This document shows positions 46,856 through 60,058 of a stretch of 64,000 bases of DNA, one piece after another (position 1 is the stretch's first letter; each line of letters opens with the position of its first letter). The stretch is taken from the NCBI RefSeq assembly GCF_009914755.1, contig NC_060927.1. One strand, 5' to 3'. A program made the position numbers and the translations under genes. The DNA is from the human T2T-CHM13v2.0 reference genome, Homo sapiens. The notes below the pieces were generated by a model. The model did no database searches. It saw nothing but the letters and a program-made list of their open reading frames with translations, and had not been told where the DNA came from.

Positions 46856-48185
46856 GTGAGTGCTTGTTTTTATAAACCATTAAGGGCCCTAGGGAAAGCA
46901 AGTAGGTACACTCTTTCTACAGGGTCAAGGGTGCTCAATATCTGTCATCTTTTAAATGGCCCACTTTATAATCTCCTGGCAGGTGCCCATAAGCTTATTC
47001 TAATGCTCTAGACAGAACAAAGTTTAATTCATGAGAGGGGTTTCTGAGAAGTCCCATTGGGGTCATGCAGAACAGAATGGAAAAGTTGCCCCAAGTTGTG
47101 TTTTTACCTCCAAGACCTTCCGTTAGGCTCTGAACCAGTGTTTCAATTGTGAGAAAAAGACCTGAGGTGTGAATATTCTGGACGTGGGGTTAATGTAGAC
47201 TGCAGAAGTGATGGAGGTAGAGCTTTGTCTATTTGTTTTATTTTGCTTTGTTTCAATAAACTCCGATGCCAGGTTTGAGGGGAGGAAAATGGATGACTTG
47301 CAGTATGAAAGCTCTCAAGGGCGCCGTGTAAGGATTTCCTGAAACCACAGAGCATAATAAAGGGCCTCAGAATTAATCTTCTAAAGATGATCATAGAAGA
47401 GACTTGAAAATAGATAATCCATTTCATTTCATTCTTAATTATCCTGGGATGATTTTCAGTAATTGATATAAAACTTTACAGTGTGAGTACAGAATAGTGA
47501 TGTAAGTGTTTAGAAGAAAACTATTTGATCAAGATATTTTCCTAATCATGTAGCCAATTGGTCAAACTGTACCCAACTTGATTTTGAAAAGTGAATATCC
47601 TGTTGTGAATTATATTTGTTATGGTGACACTAGCTACTAAAACACAGACACAAAAACTGTATACTCACTCTAACATGATAGAAGTTCATTTCTCACGCAT
47701 GTAAAGTTGAAAGTAGAAGTTCCTGATTAGATGGGGGCTTTGCTCCAGGGGTGATTTGAGACCCAAGTTTATTCCACACTCTGGCTCTAGACTCTGCAGC
47801 CTCAGCTCACGACTTCCATGGTTACCTGCTCATCTGCATCAAGCTGTGCACAGAGAAAGAGCATAGAGGACAGTGAGAACGTGGGAGACCCTTATGAGCC
47901 AGATCTGGAAATGGTTACACCTCACTTCTGCTCACCTTCCTGTGGTTAGAACTCAATTATACACAGTCACACGTGTTGGGGAGGCTTGGAAACATATTCT
48001 AGCTGTGTCCTAGGGAAAGGTTAAACAGTTTGATCATCAACTGCAGTTCCTCCCAGCCAAAACCACAGAATTTGATCTTAAGTTTCTAACTACTTTAAAA
48101 GAAAATGTCTGACTTTAATTTTGGAGGTATTTTAAAAGCTCATAGTTGCATTCGCTATGTCATAAAATGCATTTGTTGGTTTCAG

Positions 48186-48273
48186 GTTTATGGTCAATGC
48201 AAAGCAATATTTTATATGAACAACCCAAGTAGAGTTCTCTATTTAGCTGCTTATAACTGTACTCTTCGCCCAG
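48186..48273 (+). CDS. FETUB: Fetuin-B coding exon 3
   Basis: VYGQCKAIFYMNNPSRVLYLAAYNCTLRP; 88 nt. Confidence 0.97.
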
Positions 48274-49124
48274 GTAAGAAATCACTACGATTTTGTTAGT
48301 TTTAATAAAGGATGGAAAAGAGTACTTAACCAGGGCTTTGCCAAGAATGTATAGGGTATCTCTCATTCTTATTTTCTGTTTATTCTTAATGCCAGTTTCT
48401 TAATATTTCCAGTACTTACCTCCTTACTGAAATTCATACTATACTGCTCCTCTTCCCACAATTAATCTTACTAAACTACCTCTACATTTATATGCTGCAT
48501 CAGATCTTACATTTTCAGTCTGACATAAATGGTATAATTTCTATGACTGTTCCCTCAGGCTTCCTTTCTTGCTATCTCTGCCATTATTTCCCAGACTACA
48601 CCAACTCTTCACTCCATTCTACTGGATGCCACCCTGTTTTCTGAACATGCACTGCAATTTCCAGTCTCTGTGTCTTGCTTGTGCCTCTCCCTCTGCTGAG
48701 CATGCCCTCCCCTGATGACCTCTGACCTTGGGACACACCTATTCTTTAAGGACCAACACCACTTCTTCCACAGTGTTCTCTATTCTAGAAAGGAATGGTG
48801 CTTTTGTAATCTGCATTCCTATAAAATTTTGTCTAAACTACTCAGGGAACACATAATGCACTGCCTTGATTTGAGGGTCGCATATCTTACATCATGTAGA
48901 ATAGTTTCTCCTTTCCTCCTCCTGCTGCACCCTTCCTCAGTTCCCACCAAGTAGAAGGTGTCAATAATGTTGTTAAGTAAATAATTGGACTAGAAATGAG
49001 GCTGAAACTTAATGACACTTGAAATATGCACATGCATTCATTTGGGACCTTCCTTTTTTCAAGGGAAGGTCTTTGGAAAGAGAGCATCCACAGTGCAGGA
49101 AAACAGAATTTGGTCCCCTGTCGA

Positions 49125-49262
49125 ACAACTACGTGCGTGTCGCTCCCCTGGTGGATCCTGTGCAAGTGTAGATTCTGATTCCACAGGTCTTGGTCAGGAC
49201 CTGAGATCCTGCATCTCTAATAAGCTCCAGGAGATAAGAATGCTGCTGGTTGCTTTGAATAA
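49125..49262. mobile_element. MER5-like DNA transposon relic
   Basis: GATTCTGATTCCACAGGTCT...CCTGAGATCCTGCATCTCTAATAAGCTCCAGG. Confidence 0.6.
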
Positions 49263-49699
49263 CAAGGCAAGCGAGCAAACATTTTGTTAGGCACAGTTTA
49301 AGGTTCCTGGTTGTGAAGGCAAGATTCACAGAACAGCAAGTAGTAAACAGTCTCAGGACTTAAATGGAAGTCATAAGTATCAGAGCTATGGGAGGTCACG
49401 AAGTGACAGGTGGTGATGATTCAGGAGTGACAAGCTGTAGCTGGAAGTCCCCCATTATCTCCACCAGTCCCCAAGTGCATGCAGATAAACACAAAATTTC
49501 TAAAAACAATGTGTTTGCTCTGCAAAAGCAGCTTCAAGATAAATTCTGTACCTTGACTTTCACACTAGGCTTATTGACCTCAGCTCCTCCCAAACAGAAA
49601 TCTGACTGTACTTAATGTGATCATTCTACTCAGTCACACAGTGACTTGACCCATTTTGTTTTCTGGCTCACTTGCATTTTTCTTCTTAAAAAAATATTT

Positions 49700-49965
49700 A
49701 GTCTTATTTTTTATTGATAAATAATAGTTATACCTATTTATGGCATATATAGTGATATTTCCATATATATACTGTATTGTGATCGGATTAGGTTATTAGT
49801 ATATCCATCATCTCAAACCTTTATCACTTCCTTGTGTCGGGAACATTCAATACCCTTCTAGCTATTTGAAATTTTATCTTATTGTTAACTGTAGTCATCC
49901 TACAGTGGTCCAGAACACTAGAATTTATCCCCCTATCTAGCTGTAATTTTGTATCCTTTGACAGA
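49700..49965 (-). mobile_element. L1MA-type 3' end fragment
   Basis: TATCCATCATCTCAAAC...TTGTTAACTGTAGTCATCCTACAG...TGTAATTTTGTATCCTTTGAC. Confidence 0.65.
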
Positions 49966-50465
49966 TCTCACTTGCATTTCTAACCAAACGGGGTGCGCTT
50001 CTGCCTTCTACTATGCCATTCACTTATCCATTCATTCTACAAGCATTTACTAAGCACTGCCTATGTATCAGATATGATGTTCGGTGTTAGGAACTGAAAG
50101 GTAAATAAGATATTGCGGTAATGAAATCCCAATCTCTGAAGACAGTCTACTTTACAGGGTCAATAATGAGAAAAGATAGTGAACTAGTTGGAGGAAAAGG
50201 TCCTATTTTAATATACTATATTATGTGTCTTTGAACAAAATTCTCAGAGTAAATGTGTGTGAGGTGAAAACTTTGCTTTGTTCTGGTCTCTTTTTTAATT
50301 GTGAAAGTAATACATGGTCATTACAGAAAACACTGCTGACAGCTAACTTCTATTCCAGGGGTATATTCCAGAGGTAACTTCCTCACCCCATCCTTGCCTC
50401 TTTACAGTCATATGATTTATTGAAAATTAATAGCATTTAAAAACTTATGTTATTGGCATCAACAG

Positions 50466-50635
50466 TTTCAAAAAAAAAGATTTACATGACGTGCCCTGAC
50501 TGCCCAAGCTCCATACCCACTGACTCTTCCAATCACCAAGTGCTGGAGGCTGCCACCGAGTCTCTTGCGAAATACAACAATGAGAACACATCCAAGCAGT
50601 ATTCTCTCTTCAAAGTCACCAGGGCTTCTAGCCAG
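50466..50635 (+). CDS. FETUB: Fetuin-B coding exon 4 (CPDCP trunk)
   Basis: VSKKKIYMTCPDCPSSIPTDSSNHQV...VTRASSQ; 170 nt. Confidence 0.97.
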
Positions 50636-51089
50636 GTAAGGCTAAAACTGCCCAAGCCAGTTACACAGTGTGTCTCATAACTGTTGCTGTAGGTTCCTAA
50701 GCTGGGAGGAAAATGTCAAGGCACTCATTTTGATTAGAACCAAAATACCTTTCTCTACTTTCCCCACTTTGATAGACCTGATGCCCATTCTATCATGTTT
50801 CACTTTCTAAGTGATTCCATGGCATTTCTACAAGAGTCAGGCGGCTTGATTTTGCTTCCCTAACCTTAAGGCAAGAACAGAAATGAACTCCTAGTCTCCT
50901 TGGGGGATTATCCATACGTTCACCACTCACTGCTGTATTCTCAAATGTGACTGATCGTGGACCATTTTACAACATAACTTTTACTCTATTTTAAGACCAG
51001 AGTGGGTGTTGAATTTTATGGATTAGGGAAAATGAAGGCTCATTTGTATTTAGATTATGTTGATTTTTTTCCTTCTTTCTCTATTTCAT

Positions 51090-51739
<650 letters not shown>

Positions 51740-51961
51740 CAAATCTTAAAGAAGAGAAGAAAGGTGTGAGATTATGTTTTCTTAATAACTAAATCATGGT
51801 ACATGGTTTGATCAGTGTGGGGATTTGCGGAACAACAGATATGTGCCTTGACAATGCCTCTGGTGACATATTGTTTCTGTAGATATAACGCTGCCAAACC
51901 TGAGTCTTTTCCCTAGGCAGAAATGTTTGATTTTTATGTCTCAACTCTTGTCTCATAACAG

Positions 51962-52063
51962 TGGGTGGTCGGCCCTTCTTACTTTGTGGAATACTTAATT
52001 AAAGAATCACCATGTACTAAATCCCAGGCCAGCAGCTGTTCACTTCAGTCCTCCGACTCTGTG
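51962..52063 (+). CDS. FETUB: Fetuin-B coding exon 5
   Basis: WVVGPSYFVEYLIKESPCTKSQASSCSLQSSDSV; 102 nt. Confidence 0.97.
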
Positions 52064-52547
52064 GTGAGTTTTCCTGAATGTCTTCATAATTTGAGTGTTC
52101 ACAGATCATCTCTAAGTGTTTGTGGAGCATAAATTACATATGAGGTGTCATAAGGCATGAGATGCTTTTCTTCCCCTCAAGGAGCATCTGACTAGTTAGA
52201 GATTAGACAGATCCAGACTGCATTCAATTGTAAGTGCAACTTTCATCAGTAGTTGCAAAAGTGATTATATAGAGCTGTAAAATATAGACATCTCAGTGAT
52301 GGGTAATGGCCCTGCTTCAGTCTAACACAATCCAATTACGTTTGTAATATAGCATGGTGTTCCATTCCTTGGACCACTCTTTAAGAAGGACAAAGTCAAA
52401 TAGGCCTTCATTCAAAGAGGCATCCAAGAGGGAAAGTATGCCTTGAAGTCATCTGAAATACACCTGGTGGGAATTTAACTTGGCACAATGTGTTGGAGTG
52501 CAACTGGGCAAAATGCACCAAAATACTTTTCCTCTCATTTACTTACA

Positions 52548-54692
52548 GTAACAGCTTTATTAAGAAATAATTCATACGTTGTAAAATTCATCCATTTAAG
52601 GTGTACAGTTCAGTAGTTTTTAGTATGTTCACAGAGTTGTGCCACCATCACCACTTTCTTATTTTAGGATATTTTCATCAGCCTCAGAAGAAACCTCATG
52701 CCCACTAACAGTCATTCCCCATTGCCACCTTACCAAGCCCCTGGAAACCACTTACCTACTTTCTGTTTCTATGGCTTTGCCTATTCTGGACATTTCATAT
52801 AAATAGAATCATACAGCATATGGTCTTTTGTATCTGGCTTCTTTCACTTAGCATAGTGTTCTCAAAGCTTCTCCATCTATAAATAAATGTAGTTTTACCT
52901 CTTTGCATAATTTATTATGCAAATAATATTTTATTGCATAGATATTGTTTATTGTTTATCCTTCTATCAGTTGATAAACATTTGAGTTGTTTCCTGCTAT
53001 GAACAAGTGTACAAGTTTTTATGTACACATATGTTTCCATTTCTCTCGAGTATATACCTCAGAGTGGAGTTTTTGTCATATGAAAAACAACAAAAAAATG
53101 CTCCATGTTTAACCCTTTCACTGCTATACTGTTTTCCACTGTGAATGCATCAGTTTTGCAATCCCATCAGCAATGTATGAGGGTTTCAATTTCTCCACAT
53201 CTTTGCCAACACCTATTATGATCTTTCTTTTGGCTATAGCCATCCTACTGGGCATGAATTGGTACCTCATCATGATTTTTATTTGCATTTTCCTAATAAC
53301 TAATGATGCTGAGCGTCTTTTAATGTGTTTATTATCCATTAGTATGTTTTCTTTGGAAAAATGTCTACATAAATCATTTGCCTACCTAAAATCCAGTTGC
53401 TTATCTTTTCATTGTTGAATAATAAGAGTCTTTACATATTCTAGATACAATGTCCTTATCAGATATATATTTTTAAGTATTTTTCTGTCATTCTCTGGGT
53501 TGTCTATTCACTTTCTTGACAACGTTCTTTGAAATACAGAAGTTTTAAATTTTGATGAAGTTCTATTTATATATATTTTTTCTTATTTTGAATATGCTTT
53601 TAATGTCATATCTAAGAAACCATTGCCTAATCCATAATCACCAAGATTTACATGTGTAAAAATGCAAGGGATCCAGAATGCCAAAATAATCTTGAACAAC
53701 AACAACAACAAAAAAATAGGAAGACATACTTCCCAAACTCAAAACTTACTACAAAGGTACAGTACTTAAGACAGTGTCTTGGTGGTATAAGAATGATATG
53801 TAGATCAATAGAATAAAATTGAAAGTAAAGAAATAAGCCCCTATATGTAGGCCTATGACACATTTTGAGTTTTTGTACACGGTGTGAGGCAGGGAGTTCA
53901 ACTTCATTCTTTTGCATGTGAACTTCCACTGTTTCCAGCACTATTTGTTAAAAAGACTATTCTTTCCCCCATGTAGTTGCCTTGGCATACTTCTTGAAGA
54001 TCAATTGATCATAAATGTAAGAGTTTATTTCTTTAATCTCAATTTTATTCCATTGATCTACACTTCTAAGCTTATACTGGTATAACACTGTCTTGAATAC
54101 TATATAACTTTGTAGTAAGTTTTGAGATTGGAACATTTAAGTCCTCCTATTTTGTTCTTCTTGTTCAAGATTGCTTTGGGTATCCTGGATGCCTTGAATT
54201 CTCATGCTGATTTTAGGACCAGTTTGTCAATTTCTATTTTTAAAAAGGCAGTTGGAAATTTGATACATTTGATTGCATTGAATCTGTACATCAACGTTGA
54301 AAGTACTGTCATCTTAACAATATTAAGTTTTCAATTCCATGAATATGTGGTATCTTTCCATTTGTTTAGAACTCATTTAATTTCTTTCAACAAAGTTTTG
54401 TAGTTTTCAGTGTACAAAACTTTCATTTATTTTGGTCAATTTACTCTTCAAATATTTTGTTCTCTTTGATGCTTATGTAATGAAACTGTCTTCTTAATTT
54501 CATTTTTGGATTGTTCATTGAAAGTGTGTAGAAAGACAATTGATTTTTTATATTGATCTTATATATTATAACCTTGATGAACTCATTTATTAGTTTTAAT
54601 AGTTTGCTAGTGGATTTCTTAGGATTTTCTATATGATCATGTCACCTGAAAAGAGATAGCTTTTTACTTCTCCCTTTTAAATCTGGATGCCA
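52548..54692 (-). mobile_element. Old antisense L1M (L1MB-like), about 2.1 kb, containing a sense-oriented patch
   Basis: ACAGCTTTATT...GTGTACAGTTCAGTAGTTTTTAGTAT...TGGCTTCTTTCACTTAGCAT and further L1M-like motifs. Confidence 0.8.
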
Positions 54693-55049
54693 CATGTGTT
54701 CCCAGCCTCTAGGGCTCACATGTTCAGCACACTTATAAAGTCCCTTTGTGATCCACTCCAGTGTCAGCGCCAGGTAGGCCTATGAACTTTGGTAGCTCAG
54801 CAAATCCTAGCTAGGGTGGGAGTGGCCAGATCTCCTTGGTGCAAGTACCTGCAGTTTCTCCAGAAGGTTCTCTGAGAGCCCCTCCTCTTTGTGACTTGGT
54901 GATGAAGAGAAGGAAAAGGCTGAAGCACCATTCCCCAGACACTTCATACTTTAATGGCTTTTCCCACTTTAAGGAATTTCTAGTCTTTTTTTCATATGCT
55001 CTGGAGCTGAGTGACAAAGTAATATTTAGGCAATCTGTTTAGACACTTT

Positions 55050-55950
55050 TTTTCTTTTTGTAGATTTAGGGATACAAGTGCAGTTTTCTTACATTAATAT
55101 ATTGCATAGCGGTGAAGTCTGGGCTTTTAGTGTATCCATCACCCAAATAGTGTACATTGTATTCAGGGTGGTTTTTGTTTTTTGTTTTTTTTTCTCTTTT
55201 TGAGACAGAATTTTGCTCTGTCGCCCAGGCTGGAGTACAGTGGCGCAATCTCAGCTTCCTGCAAACCTCCACCTCCTGGGTTCAAGCGATTCTCCTGCCT
55301 CAACAACCCAAGTATCTGGGACTACAGGCACCTGCCACCTCACCTGGCTAATTTTTGTATTTTTGGTAGAGACAGGGTTTCACCCTGTTGACCAGGCTGG
55401 TCTCGAACTCCTAACCTCAAGTGATCCTCCTGCCTCAGCCTCCAAAAGTGCTGGGATTACAGGCGTGAGCCACTGCGCCCAGCTCAGGATGATATTTCAT
55501 CCCTCACCACCCTCTCACCTTTTGGAGTCTTCAGTGTCTGTTACTCCACTTTGTGTCCATGTATACCCTTTCTTTAGCTTCCACTTTTAAGTGAGAACAT
55601 GTGGTTTTTGGCTTTCTGTTTCTGAGTCATTTCACTTAGAATAACGGCCTCCAGTTCCATCCATGTTGATGCAACGGACATGGTATTATTCTTTTTTATA
55701 GCTGAGTGGTATTCCATGGGTGTGTGTGTGTGTGCACACACACACATGCACATCACATTTTAATCTAACCATCCATTGATGGACACAACATCGGCTTCAC
55801 ATATTTGCTATTATGAATAGTGCTGTGATAAATATACAAGTGCAGTTGTCTTTTTCTTATAGTAGTTTCTTTGTTGGCGGGGGTGGGGGGGGGTAAATCA
55901 CCAGCTGTGGGATTGCTGGATCAAATGGTAGTTCTATTTTTAGTTTATTT
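55050..55950 (-). mobile_element. L1MA 3' end interrupted by an Alu (55170-55482)
   Basis: TAGATTTAGGGATACAAGTGCAG...GTGAGAACATG...GGGATTGCTGGATCAAATGGTAGTTCTATTTTTAG. Confidence 0.8.
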
Positions 55951-56928
55951 TTAGATAAATTTAGTAAATTTTATGTGGATATACTTAAGAGCTCTTCTTT
56001 AGAAATTGAGGCAACATTTTATTATAACATTCTATTTATGCTTGAAAATGTACATACAGTATGACTCTAAAATTCCTCTTCTAGGAATTTATCCTAAGGA
56101 AGTAACTAGGAATACATGAAAAGATATAGCTTCAATGTTTAAACAACAGAAAAATTAGATTCAATCTAGCTGTCCAACAAAAGAGAGCTTGTTAAACATC
56201 ACAGAGGAATACTATGTAGCCATTATTTTAAAAACCCTAGAAGATCATTCAATGCCATAAGAGGGTTTTTACAATATATTGTTAAGTGACAAAATAGAGT
56301 TATAAAGTAATATATATATAATATGACTCTATTTTGTAGAAGAAAAATGTATATGCATAGAAAAAAAGACTGGAAGGAAGGAAATCAAATCACTGCAGGT
56401 AACAAATATATTTCATGCAATTTACAGGTCTTTATTTTCTTTTGTTTATCTATATTCTAACTATTACATTTGTAATAAGGAAACAAAGCTACTTTACTTT
56501 TAAGTAAAGAGAAATTTAAGGAGCTGAGAGTGGTTTTGTCTGAGAAGAGAAATGTCAGGTGGAACGCACTTAAAGGGCTGCTATATAAAAGATGAAAACA
56601 CGTTTTCTAATTGACCCAAGGGTAGAACTAAGGCCAAGAGGTAGAAGTTGTATGGACATAACTTTCCACTCAACACAAAGAATTTTTTTAACAAACAGAG
56701 TTTCATTCCTCAAGAAATACTGAGTTTCTCATTATTGGAGGCAATTTAGCCTAATTTGGATGATTTCTTGGTAGGGGTGATCTAGAAAGAATTGACTCAG
56801 AGTCTACCTGTTACATAGTAGAAGCATAAAAATGTTGATTGGCTGTGTATCTACACAAGTAGAAAGCTAGTTGATTTCCATCTGTGATCACTGGTAATAC
56901 TCACATGACATTGTATTTTCTCTTTTAG

Positions 56929-57012
56929 CCTGTTGGTCTTTGCAAAGGTTCTCTGACTCGAACACACTGGGAAAAGTTTGTCTCTGTGACTTGTGACTTC
57001 TTTGAATCACAG
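56929..57012 (+). CDS. FETUB: Fetuin-B coding exon 6
   Basis: PVGLCKGSLTRTHWEKFVSVTCDFFESQ; 84 nt. Confidence 0.97.
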
Positions 57013-57973
57013 GTATTTTTCAATCTAATTGCCTGTCTTTCTGTGAAGAAGAGCAGATTATCGATAGTTACCTGCCACTACCTTACCCCCTCCTTTGATT
57101 TTCCCAACCACCTTGCTCACCACTTTGCGCAGGCTAGCCTGAGTCCACATCCACAGGATAGCCAGTCAAAGACCTGTTATGCCTTGTTTCAGTCGCAATA
57201 TGGTCCTGCAGAATAAGCAAGACAAATTCAGAAACAGGGAACTGCTGGCTTGGATGTGATTCAAGCCTCTGAGACATTAAATTCAGCGTCCCAAAGAAAC
57301 CTTACCTCAAGCCACAGGGAGAAGTTATTTCCATGAAAATATTCAATCCCTTTCCAGAAGTGTTTATTGCGCACTTATTATAAGGTAGCCTGGTATATTT
57401 GAGAGGCAGTTTATATTTGAGGTGTATTTGTGCCTGGTATATTTGAAGCAGTTGAAACAGGACACTTGGGATCCAGTTTTGCTCTGGTACCTGTGAGCTG
57501 TGTAACAGGCACACACTTACCTGTTCGAGTTTTGGTTGCCTCATTTATAAAATGGGATTGCGACACTGCATCATTCAGATCCCTGTGAGAAGCAAGTGAA
57601 AGGACCTGAATGAAGGGTGCTGTACAAGGCCTGGTGCAGAATAAACAAGCAAGGAAAGGCACCTGCTGCTTCCACTACTGGGAACAGAAAGAGAGCTTGC
57701 TGGAGACTTCGAGTGAGTCATTGAACCTCTCTGGGCCATTATTCAGCTCTGAAATTGTGAGACTTACAGTCTCACAGTCAAGCTTCTACAGGTCCTGGTT
57801 CCCCCTGGCCCTTATCTGTTTTGTTTTTTAACCCTTTCACCAGGAGGCCCATCCCTCTACCTAGTCTCCCTTTGAAATGTTCCAACAGAAAGGCACAGAT
57901 CAGCTTAGGCTGGTACTAGGCATGGGAGGACTTTCCCTGTGGAACTCTACATTCAAAAATGTTCTCATTCCAG

Positions 57974-58342
57974 GCTCCAGCCACTGGAAGTGAAAACTCT
58001 GCTGTTAACCAGAAACCTACAAACCTTCCCAAGGTGGAAGAATCCCAGCAGAAAAACACCCCCCCAACAGACTCCCCCTCCAAAGCTGGGCCAAGAGGAT
58101 CTGTCCAATATCTTCCTGACTTGGATGATAAAAATTCCCAGGAAAAGGGCCCTCAGGAGGCCTTTCCTGTGCATCTGGACCTAACCACGAATCCCCAGGG
58201 AGAAACCCTGGATATTTCCTTCCTCTTCCTGGAGCCTATGGAGGAGAAGCTGGTTGTCCTGCCTTTCCCCAAAGAAAAAGCACGCACTGCTGAGTGCCCA
58301 GGGCCAGCCCAGAATGCCAGCCCTCTTGTCCTTCCGCCATGA
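57974..58342 (+). CDS. FETUB: Fetuin-B coding exon 7
   Basis: APATGSENSAV...ECPGPAQNASPLVLPP*; spliced CDS totals 1149 nt = 382 aa. Confidence 0.98.
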   Translation, partial: APATGSENSAVNQKPTNLPKVEESQQKNTPPTDSPSKAGPRGSVQYLPDLDDKNSQEKGPQEAFPVHLDLTTNPQGETLDISFLFLEPMEEKLVVLPFPKEKARTAECPGPAQNASPLVLPP

Positions 58343-58632
58343 GAATCACACAGAGTCTTCTGTAGGGGTATGGTGCGCCGCATGACATGGGAGGCGATGG
58401 GGACGATGGACAGAGACAGAGCGTGCACACGTAGAGTGGCTAGTGAAGGACGCCTTTTTGACTCTTCTTGGTCTCAGCATGTTGACTGGGATTGGAAATA
58501 ATGAGACTGAGCCCTCGGCTTGGGCTGCACTCTACCCTGTACACTGCCTTGTACCCTGAGCTGCATCACCTCCTAAACTGAGCAGTCTCATACCATGGAG
58601 AGATGCCTCTCTTATGTCTTCAGCCACTCACT

Positions 58633-58703
58633 TATAAAGATACTTATCTTTTCAGCAGTATATATGTGCTGAAATCTCAGCATGAAAGCATTGCATGAGT
58701 AAA
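58633..58703 (+). terminator. FETUB: FETUB variant poly(A) signals TATAAA (58633-58638) and AGTAAA (58698-58703)
   Basis: No AATAAA seen in the proximal 3' UTR; two recognised variant hexamers present. Confidence 0.5.
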
Positions 58704-59312
58704 GATACTTTCCCTAACACCGGGAGGCATGAGCAACTAATGCCCAGCACAGTTTCAGTCCCTAAATTCCCTTTAATTCCAGGACAGGTATTAGCTGCGT
58801 AGGGCCCATACCATTTCCAACCCTCTACCTCTTTTCATCTGTCTGGAAGTCTCCAGGTCTCAACAGTGGGGTAATTCACTTAGAGCTGGAGGCACATAGA
58901 AGGGAAGTGCACATGTGGCCTGTGCTAGACACTGTGGGAGCAGCAGACCGTGACAGTTCTCATCACTGTTACAATTTCTCTAGGACAGTTAGAGGAGGGC
59001 TCATCACAGCATTCAATTACAGTCTACGTTTTCCTTCTTTCAAACACTGCAGGGCCAATTTCCCCTCATTCAGTGATACCTATGTGCACACGCACACATG
59101 CACAGCAGATAAGACTTTGGACATTTTGACAGAGAATTTGCAGATGCAGCTATTGTCCTCTATCCTGGTGGCTGTTAGAAGAGGCACACAGGCCTCAGCA
59201 TAATTTGCATAAGAGAAGTAGACAATGTTCACACTGTTCCTCTTATCTGCTTCTCATAAGAAGGAAGTGATTATGTGGGGGTGTCATGTGGGGTCTTACA
59301 CCGTGTTGGTCA

Positions 59313-59781
<469 letters not shown>

Positions 59782-60058
59782 CTAGCTTCCCCGCTCTGTT
59801 GGAACTATCCTGTGGAGAAGCCGCCCTGCAGAAGCCGCCCTGGTGGAGGGATGCAGCCCCTGCAGAACCCGGTGCTGGAACGAGAAGGAGCAGGGAATAA
59901 GCACCCTCCCCTCTCCCTCCCTTCCTGTTTCCTTCCAATCTCCTCCTCCCAATGGCTCTTTGAACTCAATGGTAAACTAGCCAGCAGGGAGAGCCTGGGT
60001 TATTCAATTCCCTGGAGCCAGCCTGGGAGACAAGACCAGGCAGAGAAAATCAAAGGAT

